The notes: a model not told the origin generated them from the letters alone. Shown: positions 12,101-26,522, counted from the stretch's first letter. The stretch is DNA of 64,000 nucleotides from Ptychomitrium polyphyllum (GCA_973851085.1 OZ316775.1:12772001-12836000), one strand, 5' to 3'. Program-made: numbers and translations.

Positions 12101-15100
12101 TTTGACAGATACGTTGAGTGAGATTTCACATTTTGGATGCTTGATCCTCTACACTTATTCTGTGGAATTTAGAATCTCATTATACTAAAACCTATATTTC
12201 AAGAAATTTTGGAAGTAGTGCATTTCTTCCTTTCTTCCAAAAAACGAGCATTGACAGGTTATTTAAATCGCCAATAGATCCACAAATTCGATTTGTGTGG
12301 GGCAATTTGTGCCCTGTAAGCCACCGAATGCCGGTGCCTGAATAGGTGTTTTAACATTTATGTTTGTAGGTTCCGAAGATAAGGGACACTCTGATTCAAC
12401 TGCAGGAGCGAGATATGCTGCCTGCAATCTGGTTCATTTTTAGCCGCAAGGGCTGTGATTCAGCTGTAGGCTATATCGAGGTACAGTTGAGACTGATCAT
12501 TTAATTGCATTTCTCGTAGTGTGAGATTCTGTCATGACCTTATCTTAAGTTTCTTGTACCAGGAAAGTAATTTGCTGTCCGAAAATGAGACAATGCAAGT
12601 TCAAGAAGCTCTCAGAAAATACCAGCTGCAATATCCAGAGGCTATTAGAGACGGTAATGTGAAAGCTCTTATGCGAGGAGCTGCTGCACATCATGCGGGT
12701 TGCTTACCAACCTGGAAGGTTTTTATTGAGGAACTGTTCCAAAGAGGTCTAGTCAAAGTGGTGTTCACCACTGAAACCCTGGCAGCTGGCTTAAATATGC
12801 CTGCAAGGTGTTTGTTGATATAACCAGCTTACAAAGAAGAATTAGGGATTCAATTTGTATTTATTCCTTACTTTGTGGCTCTTGCATAATAAAGATCATT
12901 TTTCTTTCTCATAGAAGGGTTGATACGTTTTTTGTTTAGTTGATACTGAATCGTAGCCAAATTTTATTTCACATGCCTTGGCGTTGACATGGTTCCTTGT
13001 GCTTGAATTACAGAACAGCGGTTCTATCTTCCATGAGTAAACGCGGCAACGAAGGGCACACACTTTTAAGCTCAAATGCAATGCTGCAAATGGCTGGACG
13101 AGCAGGGAGACGCGGAATGGACGATCAAGGCCACGTGGTAGTAGTTCAAACGCCATTTGAGGGTGCAGAGGAGTCTTGTGAGGTTCTTCTTTCGGGACCC
13201 GAACCTCTGGTTTCCCAGTTTACAACCACCTATGGAATGGTCCTTAACCTTCTTGCGGTAAGCTTCATGGCCCGGGAAATCTACTCATCTTTACTTTTAT
13301 ATCTCTCGTCCTGTGTTCTCATGTTCTAATGGTATCGGAGTATTCACCCCTGACGGTGGTGCAAATCTGACTGCCTCTGGCCCCTATACAAGTAAAGCCA
13401 GCAGTTATTAGAAATCTCTATCAAATTCGAGTCGGTGGTTATTTCTTCAGCCTTCACAGTATTATATCATTTTTGCAATGAAATTGCACTCAATGTGTTG
13501 TGGCAGGGGCCAAGAGTAGCAATTCAAACGGAGAAATCTGACGATGAGGGAGATTTTCGCATGACTCGAAGAGCGAGGACTCTAGACGAGACTCGTGTTC
13601 TAGTCGAGCAATCATTTGGAAATTTTGTGGGTAGTGACGTCCTGGTCTCAGCCCAGCAGCACCTAACAACCTTGCATCAGAAAATAGAGAGTTTCCAAGC
13701 GGAAAACACTTCCGAAGGTTTCTTTTCGAGCCTAGCAAAAGAACTGAACGAAAAACAGCTGCGAGAGTATGTCACTCTATTGAAGAAGGTTGCGGTAAGA
13801 TTTTCTTGTATTATAATCAAATGAAATACCAGTTTGCGCTATAGTTGAGAAATTGCGTGATCTCCATGATTCCAAGATTTTTATTGTCTACCTTGAGATA
13901 GCATCATTTTCAGTTTAATCCAGCTAAACGAGGGTTAAGTTAGCATGAAACTTCAACGATTCACATTTTGGCGCGTTCTTTGCTAATATTGCAGGAGGCA
14001 AAGGATCACGTCATAAAATCCCAACAGCAGCTGCAAGATTCACGCGAGAAAATGATAGAACAGGTCATGGAAGAATGTGGCGACAGTCGAGTATCCTTTG
14101 TCTGTGTTGAATTCGTGGATCAAGTGACTGGTCAGGAGCACGTGGTTTCTGTTGCTTGCATTGGGAATTTTCTATCTCGATTTTTGGGATCTGACTCGCA
14201 GGTAACATACTTTAAGCATAGTCTTTAGGAACTGCTATATCTATCTGTGACTGGCGTACTTGAGATCACGAGAGTGACGTTGGTTGTGCATACAAAGCTT
14301 AGAAGAAATGTATTTTTAGTAAGCCATGTCTGGAGTTTAAACCGTTACTTGATCCAACAGGAATCAGAGCTACCAGAAACTGAAGCCTCAAGTAGTGATG
14401 AAGAAGAAGATGACGAAAGAATATCGATGATGATGATGACATCCAAAGACGATGATGCCTTATCGATCACATCAGATCTGGACGGAACGTGTACCATGAG
14501 CTCTGTATCTTCACAGTATATAGGTCTAGGGTCCGACAATTGCTGGTATATGTTTACTGGCGGATCGATAAGCTCTGTTCACTGCAATGCACTTTTGGGG
14601 ACAATGAACTCAGGAGAAGAATGTGTTCGCACACTTTTGAAGGAAATGTTAGAGGAAAGGTTACATGTTGACCCACTATTTTGGGAAAAAGCTGGAGAAT
14701 CAGTGTCTACTTCATTTTGTGCAGTTTGGAATGCTGAAAGTCAGGCAAATACTTTGGCATGGGCATCACAAGTGCCTCCGATAGACGAACTTCCGAAGAG
14801 ATGGCTGGTATACTATTGCGACTGCGCTGAAATAGGCAACGCTTTAGGTGTCACAGATGATGTTCTTGCTAAGTCGTTATATAACCGTGTTTGTTAGCGA
14901 CTGTGAAACATATTTGCTATTCTAAATCACTCGTTTTGTTCACGCGTGGTAGACATCACTTGCTAACCCGTTGACCTACCAAGAAGTGCGCTTTTTTTGA
15001 ATAATTGTGATCCTTGTTGAATACTAAAGCTAATGATAATCCATTCCTGCAGAAGTCATCTGACGCGGTCAAGGCAGAGAAGATGACTGCTGTTCGCAAT

Positions 15101-16598
15101 GAGGACTTAACAAAACTGAACAGGAAGCTAAAATTAACCCAGGGTTATCGTAAGTACAAGCACCTTCTAGACCTCCAACAGAAACGTAAAAACAGGATTG
15201 CAAATCTCCAGTCAACGGCATCTAGTATTGCCAGTCGAATGAAGCAGTTGCAGCCATCTGGTTGGAAGGACTTTCTGCAGGTATGCTGTCGCCTCCATCC
15301 TAGATTTCTGTGTACCCACATTAGATGTATTGGGTATTTACAGTAAAATAATACTTTGGGAGCGGCTCTTTTATTGAAAACTTGATTGGTTGGAGTTTTT
15401 AAATGACATCTATAACAATGCCAATGTATCTATCATTTAAATGTTGTACTTGGGAGACAGGTCATGAGCGTTTTACAATCAGCTGGTGCACTCGACGCAG
15501 AATCAAAGGCATTACTTCCTCTAGGGGAAACTGCAGCAGTTGTACGAGGAGCGAACGAACTCTGGCTTACCCTTACGTTCACGAGCGATGCAACGTGTGC
15601 CTTAAAGCCGTCTCAACTTGCTGCAGCTTGTGGCGCTCTTGTATCAGAGGGGATGAAAATGCGTAACAAGCAGATTTCCAGGTGTGGATTTCACGTAAAC
15701 ACTTTCAAAACATCTTCCCTATTTTTGCATTTTTGTGGGCTCTCCAAGCTGCTCTCTTTAGCTCTTCATCAAAGTCTTGCAGTGGTATGCGAAGCTTTCT
15801 TTGGTGCCACACTTCAATATAATATCGTGCTCTTGAATTCCTCTCGAGATTTATTGTGTCACTTTACAATTTACTTGTTTACTGTAGTCCTCAATTCCGT
15901 GAATCTCGTGGAGTGAGAGACTGGGTTATAAAGATGGAGGATCTTCGTTCATTGTTGCTAAGATTGCAGGCCAGCCATGGGGTAGAGGTCAGTGTTCCTG
16001 CTTAATTTTAGCCTGTCAACTTAGTCTAAGATTGCCGCTCTTTCATTGTGTCGATAGCCCGTTATAAATGCTGACGTAGCCAATTTCATACGGTTTAGGA
16101 ATATCAACAAGAGTGGGTTTAGTAATCATGCATCGCAAGTGCCCTTAGCAAAGGTTCGAAATTGTTTTCGCTGATGAACGAATCTCCTCAACTATACTGC
16201 AGATTCTAGTAGGATTGGACAAGAGATTCACTGGCATTGTAGAAGCATGGGCATCAGGTATCTCATGGCAGGAGTTAGTTAAACACAGTGGCATGGATGA
16301 GGGGGACGTAGCTCGTCTTTTGCGCCAAACCCTGGATCTTATTTCACAGGTTCCATTTTCCTAAATCAGCTATTGAACTAAATCTCTCAAATCTTTTGGT
16401 TGCTGGTTTGAAAACAAGTTGCTGATCAATTACACATGAGGGACTGTTGATAATCTCTAAAGCATTCATCATCTCACCCGATCTTTTTCTCTTGTTCAGA
16501 TTCCACATTTACCTCACATTGATCCTGGGCTTGGAAAGACTGCAAGAACAGCTCGAGCAGCCATGGATAGGTCACCTATTAGCGAGCTTTCCGTGTGA
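9161..16598 (+). CDS. ISE2: Ski2-like DEVH-box RNA helicase, ISE2-like (probably plastid-targeted); about 18 exons
   Basis: [54 protein letters not shown] and a DSHCT C-terminus ending [11 protein letters not shown]. Exons: 9161-9661, 10004-10179, 10293-10406, 10596-10704, 11079-11165, 11467-11585, 11851-12055, 12370-12480, 12563-12807, 13014-13257, 13507-13794, 13995-14201, 14361-~14807, ~15053-15280, 15461-15681, 15888-15987, 16203-16349, 16500-16598. The start codon and the 14.8-15.05 kb junction are uncertain. Confidence 0.88.
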
Positions 16599-17272
16599 AA
16601 TAACAGCAGGTTTTGGTTGGCTTACAAGTTGAGAAAGAAGCTCAGAAAAAAGTAAACGGCGTCAATGCCTTATCGATGTGATCTCCTTCTCTAGATGGAC
16701 TAGCAGGTAGTGTAATAGAGGAAGCAACTATCGTAGTCCTAAATCCAATGGCCGTGAAAGTTAGTTGCGAAGTTTGAAGATTGCTATTTAATTTTTCTGC
16801 TTTCGCTCTTTCACATAATCAACCGTAGTCTCTTGGTCAAAATGTAGGCACTCATTAGTGCTCATTATCTTGCAGGTCTCCGAAATTAAGTAATGCCGAA
16901 AGGAATCATCCTTGATGACAGACAAAATGTTGGTGATAACAGTTGCAACTATCTTAGAATATTTTATTGGCCATGCTTTCGACTGTGTACACCAATATTG
17001 GACTTGAAAGGTTGTACTCTGCGATAACTAAATTTTCTGATAAGACGCACTCTGAAGGACGTGTGAGATCGACTCTAGCTACACAATGACCAACTTTCTT
17101 CAACGTTGAGGAACTTTCAAGTTATTGTGAGAGCTGTTGCTCGAAGAACTTGTGAGCTACATTACCTAGAATTGGTGCATAGGTGAGGTTAAATCGACGT
17201 TAATTTAGGAAACTAATGGTACTCCATATATTTACTACCTATATGAGGGTTCCGATTACACGTGCTATTGTG

Positions 17273-18583
17273 TTACGATCCTCGCACCAGTTCATTCATA
17301 CTCTGGAAAAAGTAGGTGAATTCCGCAATGGCATTGTCGGCTGCTCCACTATCCACTAAAGGGGGATAGAACCACCAAATAGCTGTGATGAGGACAAAGG
17401 AAACGGTAAGAGGCGTAGACACAAATTTGGGTAATCTCAAACTCGTCGTCTGTCGAAGAACTCCCTCCAGTACTGTTGCAGCGCCGTTTAGAACGAAGAA
17501 AAATGTCACCGCCCAAGTGGGTTTGCTTCTGGTCATGTTGTAGAATATGAGTTCATGCATCAAACCTGATGCTACGAAACATGTGAACGTTGCCACCGAG
17601 CGTGCCCACAAGGGCAATTTTTTGGAGATAATATTCGATGAACTAGAGGATGATATATCCGATCGACTCAGAGTACTCCAAAGCAAAACCCTTAGCACCG
17701 GATCGTAGATGGACACCCGAAGCAGATTACTAACCAACAAGTTCCACCGCTTCCCCCAGAAATCTGCCAAAGAGTGCGCCAGAAATGGCTTGTTGAATGC
17801 CGCTTCCAGCTCAATCCCCATCATAGGCGATACGACAGCCGCAATGCCTTCAAAGATGAGGCTACACGTCACGTAAATGTCAAATGAGTATACTATCGAC
17901 AGCAGCTTTAAATGCATCACCTCACGGTACGTGTAGGAATACGTAATTAGCACCAGAAACACGAACTTGAACAGCAATCTCAACACCACCATAGGCGTCT
18001 CTTGCGACGCATCCACAGCCTTGAGAAGCGCCATCCAACCCAGTTCTATTCTAAAATCATCATCACTAGACTGCCCGTGACTAGAACCGATCAGTCGACC
18101 ATTTTGAAAGCCATTGCGTCTCGTTCCTGAATTGGCTTCCCAATCGTGACGAGCGACCACAACATTACCACCGGGGGTACCATTTGACAAACCCCTAATA
18201 TTTTGAGATTGTTTAACACGTGGGGTAGCCTTCTTGAACCGCTCTTCGAACCTCTGGCGTTTGCTTTGCAAGGAGAGGTTCATGACAGCGAGGAAGCGAG
18301 GGAAAGACGCAACAGCCCAGGGGTCTGCTGCAGGACCGTCGTCCCAGCACAACAGTGCGATCTTGAAGGACGTGAGCCAGATGAAGAAGAAGGAGTACAC
18401 CCCTCTCTCGAACACGGTGACGAAGCCCCTGCCCGCGTGGATGTAGAATGCCACCAACGGCAGCGAAGCCAGTACGCGCAGGCACCCCGGCGGCAACTGC
18501 ATGACACCGTAGTAAACATACGCCATGGCTACGGGACTGCTCAGGCCCCACACCAGCCCCGGTGACGCCATCGCCATCGCCAT
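17273..18583 (-). CDS. MBOAT-family wax synthase / acyl-CoA:sterol O-acyltransferase-like protein, single exon
   Basis: 436-aa ORF with several hydrophobic helices, FNKPFLAHSLADFWGKRWNL and SGLMHE (catalytic His) motifs of the plant WS/ASAT1 group. Confidence 0.88.
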   Translation of the reverse strand: MAMAMASPGLVWGLSSPVAMAYVYYGVMQLPPGCLRVLASLPLVAFYIHAGRGFVTVFERGVYSFFFIWLTSFKIALLCWDDGPAADPWAVASFPRFLAVMNLSLQSKRQRFEERFKKATPRVKQSQNIRGLSNGTPGGNVVVARHDWEANSGTRRNGFQNGRLIGSSHGQSSDDDFRIELGWMALLKAVDASQETPMVVLRLLFKFVFLVLITYSYTYREVMHLKLLSIVYSFDIYVTCSLIFEGIAAVVSPMMGIELEAAFNKPFLAHSLADFWGKRWNLLVSNLLRVSIYDPVLRVLLWSTLSRSDISSSSSSNIISKKLPLWARSVATFTCFVASGLMHELIFYNMTRSKPTWAVTFFFVLNGAATVLEGVLRQTTSLRLPKFVSTPLTVSFVLITAIWWFYPPLVDSGAADNAIAEFTYFFQSMNELVRGS

Positions 18584-21470
18584 CGCCCCTGGCGCCCTGG
18601 CGCTCCCAGTGGCTGGCCTTGTGATCTCGTCTCGAAGGAAGTGATCTCCTGCTAAGTTAGCACTCCCTAGCTAGATCAGCTAGCCACATAACGAGCATCC
18701 TCTACAATACCAGTAATACGAGTCTCCCACTACTTCACGAGTCAGCGACTCTGCGACATGGAAAGATAGGGAAAGTCCCCTGGCGCCGACGTTGAGTAAG
18801 AGTGCGACAAAGCTGCCTTGTCCAGACTCCAGTCTACTCCAGAGTTGGCACTATGTTCTGCTAACTTGCACCGCGCGAGAGGCGAACGGTGAGGCGGGAG
18901 CGTGCAGGATCATCATCGGAATTCAAATGCACAAACAAGAACTTATCCCGATTCCAAAGTGCACACCCAGGGACGTTGGTGGAAAACTTTTAGAAACCCT
19001 TGCTCTCCATGGGACGCCCTAAGAGCGACGCGTGATGGCGCCCCTCGTGGTCGCTCCATCCCAGCCTGCTCGACCAGCACGCACGTGTATGCAAGTCTGT
19101 GCCCAATCCCTTCCTAGATCTTTAGCCCCTAGATACAAAACAAGTAAACTCAAGTATTTCCTTCTTAAGGCTAAGGCTAAGTCACAAGGATTTAGCCATG
19201 TGATTCAAAGCTCAAATTAATAGTGAGGTCTTCCTTTAAACCACAAAAACCAAATCATTTTGGAAAGTAACACCCTTCCTTCTTTTAGAAGATTGAGTAG
19301 TCCTTGTTAAAATAGCATCATTTCCAACACATTAGGTTGCAAATCCCTTTTGATCTTTTTATTCTTTTGTTATAAGTTGATTTGTCTCTAATCTTAGTTA
19401 GTTATACATTCCTTTACACCTTACTATTCCATAGCAAGATCACCACAATATGTATTAAGAGTCACTTGAAAATGCATTAGTCTTCATGGTGATGGTATTT
19501 GTATGGTCAAAAAATAACTCTTAGGGTCTTTTAATACATTTTGTTATTCTTTTATTCTAAGAACATAAGAAGCTATCTTCTACGCATTACTAGGAGCTAT
19601 TTAAAGAGGCACAAGTACAAATGTTTTAGTTGATCAATTTTTTTAATTTTTAATTCAATTATTATGGATGCAAGGAAACAAATCAAAAGATAGATAAGAG
19701 ATTTTTGTACAAGGAAGAGCCAAGAATTGAGATTGAAATCAAGAATGATTACATGACTAAAAACAATGTAATTTTGCAGATTTTTCAACAACTTGTGTGG
19801 GCAAGATAAATATATTCTTCATCTTTTTATTTATTTATACTATATAGTGTACTTTCTATGTGATTTTTTATAGCCATAAGAAGCTATTTGAAAGTTCATT
19901 AAATCTATAAAAGGTTGAAAATGATGTATATCCATGTCATTACTTCCTCTTCTAGTAAAACTTTTACAAGGAGGATTAAGAATTTAATCCAAGTTGTAAG
20001 AATTAAAAAAATTATCAAAGGATGTTAATGCTAATACTGATCCAAATACAATTGCATTTACTGTTTTGAAGGCCTTTGATTTTTAGGTAGTAAAATGCTA
20101 GTATATGTGCAATGGCTATTTTGACAATATACAATTTTTTCAATTGACCTCATTTGTATGGTGCTCTATCAATAATTTAATATGAACTATGCAAATATAA
20201 TTGACAAAATTCATGAATATTTTTAAATACATTGATGACATTGATTAAAGGATCTCATGTTCATTTGTTGATATAATAACCTTCAAATGTGTAAAATATT
20301 TTAAATGCTCATTTTAGATGTATAAATTAAGGTTCTACTTTACTTTATATTCTATTGTATTATTAGATTTAATTGGAGGCCAATCTAAAAATAATACCTT
20401 AGTAAATGAGGTGCATTATAAAATCATGATTAAAAAATACAAAACATAATGAAGGTGCATGTAGATGGCACCTAAAGGTAGTATTTGACTAAATTTGTTT
20501 ATTAAGTAGTTTTATATGGAACCAATCTTCAATAGTTTAATTTATTTAATGAATACTTATTTGAATGTTTTAGCAAAGGAGCAATACACAATTTTCAACT
20601 TTAAGTTCTTTTGGAATTTGTCACCATATATAGCATTAGGTGCCAAGCCATGGTAGATGGATGCAATAAAATTTAATTTAGAGAATTTTCCATCCATTTA
20701 ATATGAACTTCATGTTAGTTTGTCATATCAAATCTAATTAGGATTTATAGCCAAATATTAGATAGAACAATTTTTTTGGCTTGACATTTTTGGCCAAGTC
20801 AAGTTTTGTAAATAAAAAATGTTGCTATGTGAAAAAAATATAAGCATCTACCATGAATAGTAAGTGGTGACTAGAACATTTATCCATTTTCTTTCTACGC
20901 CTTTATTAACTTTACAAGAGAAGAAAAGCAAGTAATCATGGATGATTGTGGATTATATTCAATTTTTTTGGCATAATTGTAATGGTAGTAAAGTCTAAGA
21001 TTATATAAATACAAATGTATATTGGATTGCATTTAATGCCTTAGATATATGTTTTGTTTTATTATTATGCATTCTTAAAAATACAATTATCTCATTTTTG
21101 TAGGTCTTAAGAAGTACCAATTTTAAGACATTAAGTTTAAGGTTTTAATTGTCCAGATAAATGTTGGTATTCTTCATGTTTATAAGTAAATTAACTTGTT
21201 TGTTATTTAAACCTTTAGTACTAAGAATCTAAATAACTAGCAAATTTGAGGTAATATAAATGCATACTATACACAATCAAAACAACTCAAAATGATTTGT
21301 ACTTTTGATTTTGCGCTTTTATCAAAAGCTCAATTTATTTATTCCAAAAATTATTGCAAAACATACTTAATGCCTTCTTTTTTATGCCCTACTTGAATAA
21401 AAGTGAATCTACCAATTTATTTGAAGTTTGAATTTTTTGTCACGGACATAGATCATACAATATAGTCCTT

Positions 21471-21490
21471 AGAACATTCTAGAACCTTCT
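21471..21490 (+). promoter_or_regulatory. Perfect four-unit heat-shock element in the family A LTR U3
   Basis: aGAAc aTTCt aGAAc cTTCt; identical copies at 27049-27068 and 52636-52655. Confidence 0.6.
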
Positions 21491-21643
21491 AGTATACTAT
21501 AATAGCTTCTTGGAATACTTTTAGATGTCTCCATAGTCTTTTCCATGTTCTTAAGAAACTTCCTAGTTAATCATTAGCTCTTTGGAAGCTAATTCTTGGA
21601 AAACACTTTGTTTCTGCTTCTTGTTTCTTGTGTCCCTAACAGT

Positions 21644-21654
21644 TTGGCAAGACT
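21644..21654 (+). other. Self-priming PBS of element A1
   Basis: TTGGCAAGACT is the exact reverse complement of AGTCTTGCCAA (27425-27435), which lies 31 nt downstream of the LTR TATA box (27394). Confidence 0.75.
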
Positions 21655-24600
21655 ACTCTTCATCTCTATTAGAGCTAAGGTTCTTTGAAGAAGATTGTGG
21701 ATTATCCATCTTCTTTAGGATTCCATAGCGTCTTAGAGGTTGCGAATTACCCTCCTCTAAGCTGGCACCACAGAGTTGGTTTCTCCTTCTAGAACCAAGT
21801 ATTGTTTCTTTCAAAGGACGTGGATTTTCCTCCTTTGAAGGTATTCATAGTCTTTCTGTCTTTGAGAGTTTTAAGAAATGGATAACGTGCTTGGAACATC
21901 AGAGAATAGGTTTGCAACTATTGCAGACCTTCAAGAATTATTAAACACGATTCGAACGGAACTCGCCCATTTTAATCCTACCAACAATTTGGAGCAACAT
22001 ACTTGGCAAGCTGAAGAATCCAATGGTGATATTCAAAGCCTATATCAAGAGGTTGTTCGATTGTATGAGGCCAATATTGGAAGGAAAAACTTACATCAAA
22101 TCCATGCAGAGCCAAAGATTAGCATGCCAGACAAGTTCGATGGATCAAGATCAAAATTAAGAGGCTTTGTTCAACAAGTAAGACTCTTCCTTGGTTTGCA
22201 TCAATCTCGCTATCCTGATGGCACAACTCAAGAGGGATTTGTGGCCACTCTTTTATCAAACAATATACTATCGTGGTTTGCACCACTAATGGAGAAACAG
22301 TCACCATTATTGAACAATTTAGATACTTTCATAAAAGCATTGACATCCACTTTTAGAGACACCGACTGAGAAAGGGTGGCTGAAACAAGGATTCAGAGTC
22401 TCCAACAAGGACAGCGCTCAGCTACTACATATGCTGCAAAGTTTCAACAATTACCTTGCGACCTTGATTGGAATGATAAAGCCTTGGTCACACGATTCCG
22501 ATGGGGATTGAGACAGAATGTAAAGGACTTGCTACTTACAATGCCAAGAGTTGAAACATTGGACGAATTCATCACTCAAGCAATAGCATGTGACAATAGA
22601 CTATTTGAGAGGCGCCAAGAACAACGCTTGGGATGGCAACCAGTACATCAAAGCATGGCCACCACTTCTTCAAGAATATTGGAAAATCGACCACAAGGAC
22701 CAGAACCTATGCAAATTGATGCTGCCCAGTTCAGATGTTTGACTCTAGAAGAAAAAGAAAGGCGTCTATTGTGGCAAGTCTGGACATAAAGTGCACGATT
22801 GCCAAATCAAAGGATCTGCCTTTAAGACTCAAAGCACAATGGTGGAGTTGGAAAACGAGGCTATTTAGTTTGATTAGGAACCATGCGACTGAATACCACA
22901 AGGAAACCACCATCAAATCAACGTCTCTTACTACCTTCAAATCCTACCTCTTGTTTTACATTTCCTACCAAAATTAAGTTGTTAGATGATGAAATAATTA
23001 GTAAGGCTCTCTTAGACACTGGTGCAATGGCATGTTTTATGGACAAGGATTTTGCAACCAAACATCACATGGTGCTTGTGAACAAAAAATATTCCGCACC
23101 TGTTGAAGTTATTGATGGACAATCTCTTGCATCTGGCAACGTTATTGAAGAAATTCAACCCTTGGAGGTTATTTTAGGAGACCAGGCATCTAAGATTGTC
23201 TTCAACATCATTCAATGCCAAACAAATCCTATTGTTTTGGGCCTTCCTTGGTTTGAATTACATAATCCAGACATTGACTGGCGCTCACGGAGTGTGGTTT
23301 CAAGGAAAAGACGCTAAGATACAAGAAATATTGAACCATCATTTATTGGAACTAAGGCATTTATGAGAGCGGCAAAGGATGAACCAATCTATGCCATCTA
23401 TGCCACGCCAATGTCTAGCTCTACAATAGAGACTAATCAAAACATACCTCGTCAATATCAAGATTATAAAGACGTTTTTGAAAAGAAGAATGCGGACATG
23501 TTACTAAAGCACCGGCCTTACGATTGTACCATTGAGTTGCAAGAAGGAGTCCAATCATCTTTTAGACCTATTTATAACTTATCACAAACTGAGTTGGCTG
23601 CCTTGAGAGAATATGTTGATGAAAACCTTGGAAAGGGTTTCATTCAACACTCTAAATCACCTGCTGGAGTACCCATTTTATTTGTAAAGAAGAAAGATGG
23701 ATCATTACGTATGTGCGTGGACTATCGAGGCCTCAATAAAATAACAAAAAAGAATTGCTATTCATTACCATTAATCTCAGGACTCCTACAACAACTTGGA
23801 CAAGCAAAGATATTCACCAAAATTGATTTTAGAAGAGCCTACAATCTTGTATGCATCAAAGAAAGAGACGAATGGAAGACAATTTTTCAATCTAGGTATG
23901 GTCATTTTGAATATAATGTCATGCCTTTTGGCCTTACTAATGCTCTCGCAGTCTTTCAACATATGATGAATGATATCTTCCATGAACATCTGAATGATTT
24001 TATAGTCATCTACTTAGATGACATTTTGATATATTCAAAGGATGAACAAGACCATGAATGTCATGTGCAAGTGGTCTTAGAAAAACTACGCCATCGAGGA
24101 TTATATGCCAAATTGGAGAAGTGCCTTTTCCATGAATCCTCGGTTAAATTTTTAGGCTACATCATTTCCAAAGGAAGAATCCATATGGATAAGAAGAAAA
24201 CAAACACTGTCATGGAGTGGAGTACGCCAAGATCAATTTAAGAAGTTTAATGCTTCTTAGAATTTGCAAACTTCTACAGAATATTCATCAAGAATTATTC
24301 TAAGATTGCAGCATCATTAACACGTCTTACGGGGTAGCAAAAATTCACTTGAAATGAAGAGGTAGAAAAATCATTTCAAGGTTTTAAGAAGTCATTCACG
24401 TCAGCTCCAATTCTTATTCATCCAAATCCATCAAAGCCTTTTTATTTGGAAGTAGATGCCTCAGATTTTGCGCTTGGCTCAGTGTTCTCACAATATAATG
24501 AAGACGGGAGACTCCATACTATTGCCTTTCGTTCAAGGAAGTTCTCAGCGGCAGAAATCAACTATGATATCCATGATAAAGAACTACTTGCAATTGTGGA

Positions 24601-26522
24601 TGCGTTTGAAAAATGGCAACACTTATTGGAAGGAGCTCAACATACCGTCACGATATACACTGACCACAAGAATTTGGAATATTTCATAAGTGCGTGCGTT
24701 TTGAATCGCCGTCAAGCAAGGTGGAGTATGTCACTTTCTAGATTTGACTTTGTTATTATTCATCAATCTGGTAGCTTGCAAGGTAAGCCAGATGCCTTAT
24801 CTTGAAGATCTTATTTAGCTCCTCAACCTGGAGATGATGTTTTGAATCAAAAAAAGGACTATTTTATTGAAGCCTGAGAATCTTCAATTGAAAGCAGCCA
24901 TTATTACAACAACATTTCATTTTGACGAAATTCGGAAGGCTTTAAAGAATGATGTCTTTGTTCAAATATAAAAAAGCGCCTCAAAGACAATGGAAATCCT
25001 TTAAATAGCGATGAGTATTTTGAATTCCAAGAGGGCCTACTTTATTATAAAGGACTTTTGTACCTACCTCCAGACCCTTTGCGGTTGAAGATCCTTCAAG
25101 CACGTCATGATTTTCTAGCAGCAGGGCATTTTGGATTCAATAAAAAAATGGAGTTGATTGCTAAAGACTATTGGTGGCCACAAATGTGGAAGTATGTGAA
25201 GGACTTTGTTCGATCATGCGACACTTGTGCAAGAGCCAAGGTACCAAGACACCAACCTCATGGTCTCTTCCATCCGCTTCCAGTGTTGAAAGGTCCATGG
25301 TTGTCTTTGTCAATGGATTTTATCACGGACCTTCCAAATTCCGATTCTAAGGATTCTATTTTGGTAGTGGTGGATTGATTTACCAGAATGGCACATTTCA
25401 TTCTATGCAACAAGACGGTAATGGTTGAAGAAACTGCCAAGTTGTTCCTAAATTACATCTACAGCATACATGGACTACCAGATGATATTGTATCTGATCA
25501 AGGGCCGCAGTTCATTTCCAACTTTTGGAGGGCTCTATTCCAGCTGTTGCGTGTAAAGATCAACCTTTCTTCAGCACACCATCTGCAAACAAATGGCCAA
25601 ACCGAACGTGTAAATTAAATTTTGGAACAGTACCTTTGTTGTAGCATAAACTACCAGCAAGACAATTGGATGGATCTCTTACCTTTGGCAGAATTTGCTT
25701 ACACAATACGGTGCATTCTTCAACAACTCAAAGTCCATTGTTTGCAAACTATGGGCATCATGCTCGAATAGATCCATTTCAAGTGAAGCATGTTGGAAGT
25801 CCTGCAGCAGAGGATTTTACAATTCAACTTGCTAAAATCCAGCAAGAAATTACCTCCCAGTTACAACAAGCTCAAGATCGTTACAAAACTTATGCAGATC
25901 GCCATCGAAGAGACCATCCAAAGTTCAAGGTTGGAGGTAGCGTATGGCTCTTACATCAAAATATACTGCCAAAAAGACCATCAAAGAAGTTTGACTATCA
26001 AAGGCTGGGACCGTTTGAAATCAGTAAACAAATAAATCCGGTTTGTTATCGCACAAAGCTACCACCAAGCATGCAAATTCATCCAGTATTCCACGTATTG
26101 TTGTTGGAAACCTATAACAAATCATATATACTCGAGAGAATTGTCCCTCCGCCTTCTCTGCTGGAAATTAATAATGAAATTGAATTTGAAGTGGAAGAGA
26201 TCTTAGATTCACGCATCAAGAATGGACGTGTGGAGTACCTTATACATTGGTAAGGATATGGCATCAATGACCAAATATGGGAACCTTCAACAAATGTAAC
26301 AAATGCATCCGAGAAGGTACACGAATTTCATCAAAGATATCCTCAGAAATCAGGTCAGTGATGATGTGTCATTAGTAGCCGTTAGCTTTACAGAGAAGTT
26401 TTTCCTTCATAGACAAGTATAAGAAGTAAGGAGAGATATCCAAACCTCTAATTGTATGCAACATTATTTCCAAGATAGATCATTTCCAGATCCTAGCCGA
26501 TATGTCAAATCTTCGTGTTATC

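Noticed and set aside
19200..21190. Coding-like AT-rich relic including DDCGLY (Ulp1-protease-like) near 20940
   Set aside because: A single short motif among many stops; not supportable without a search.
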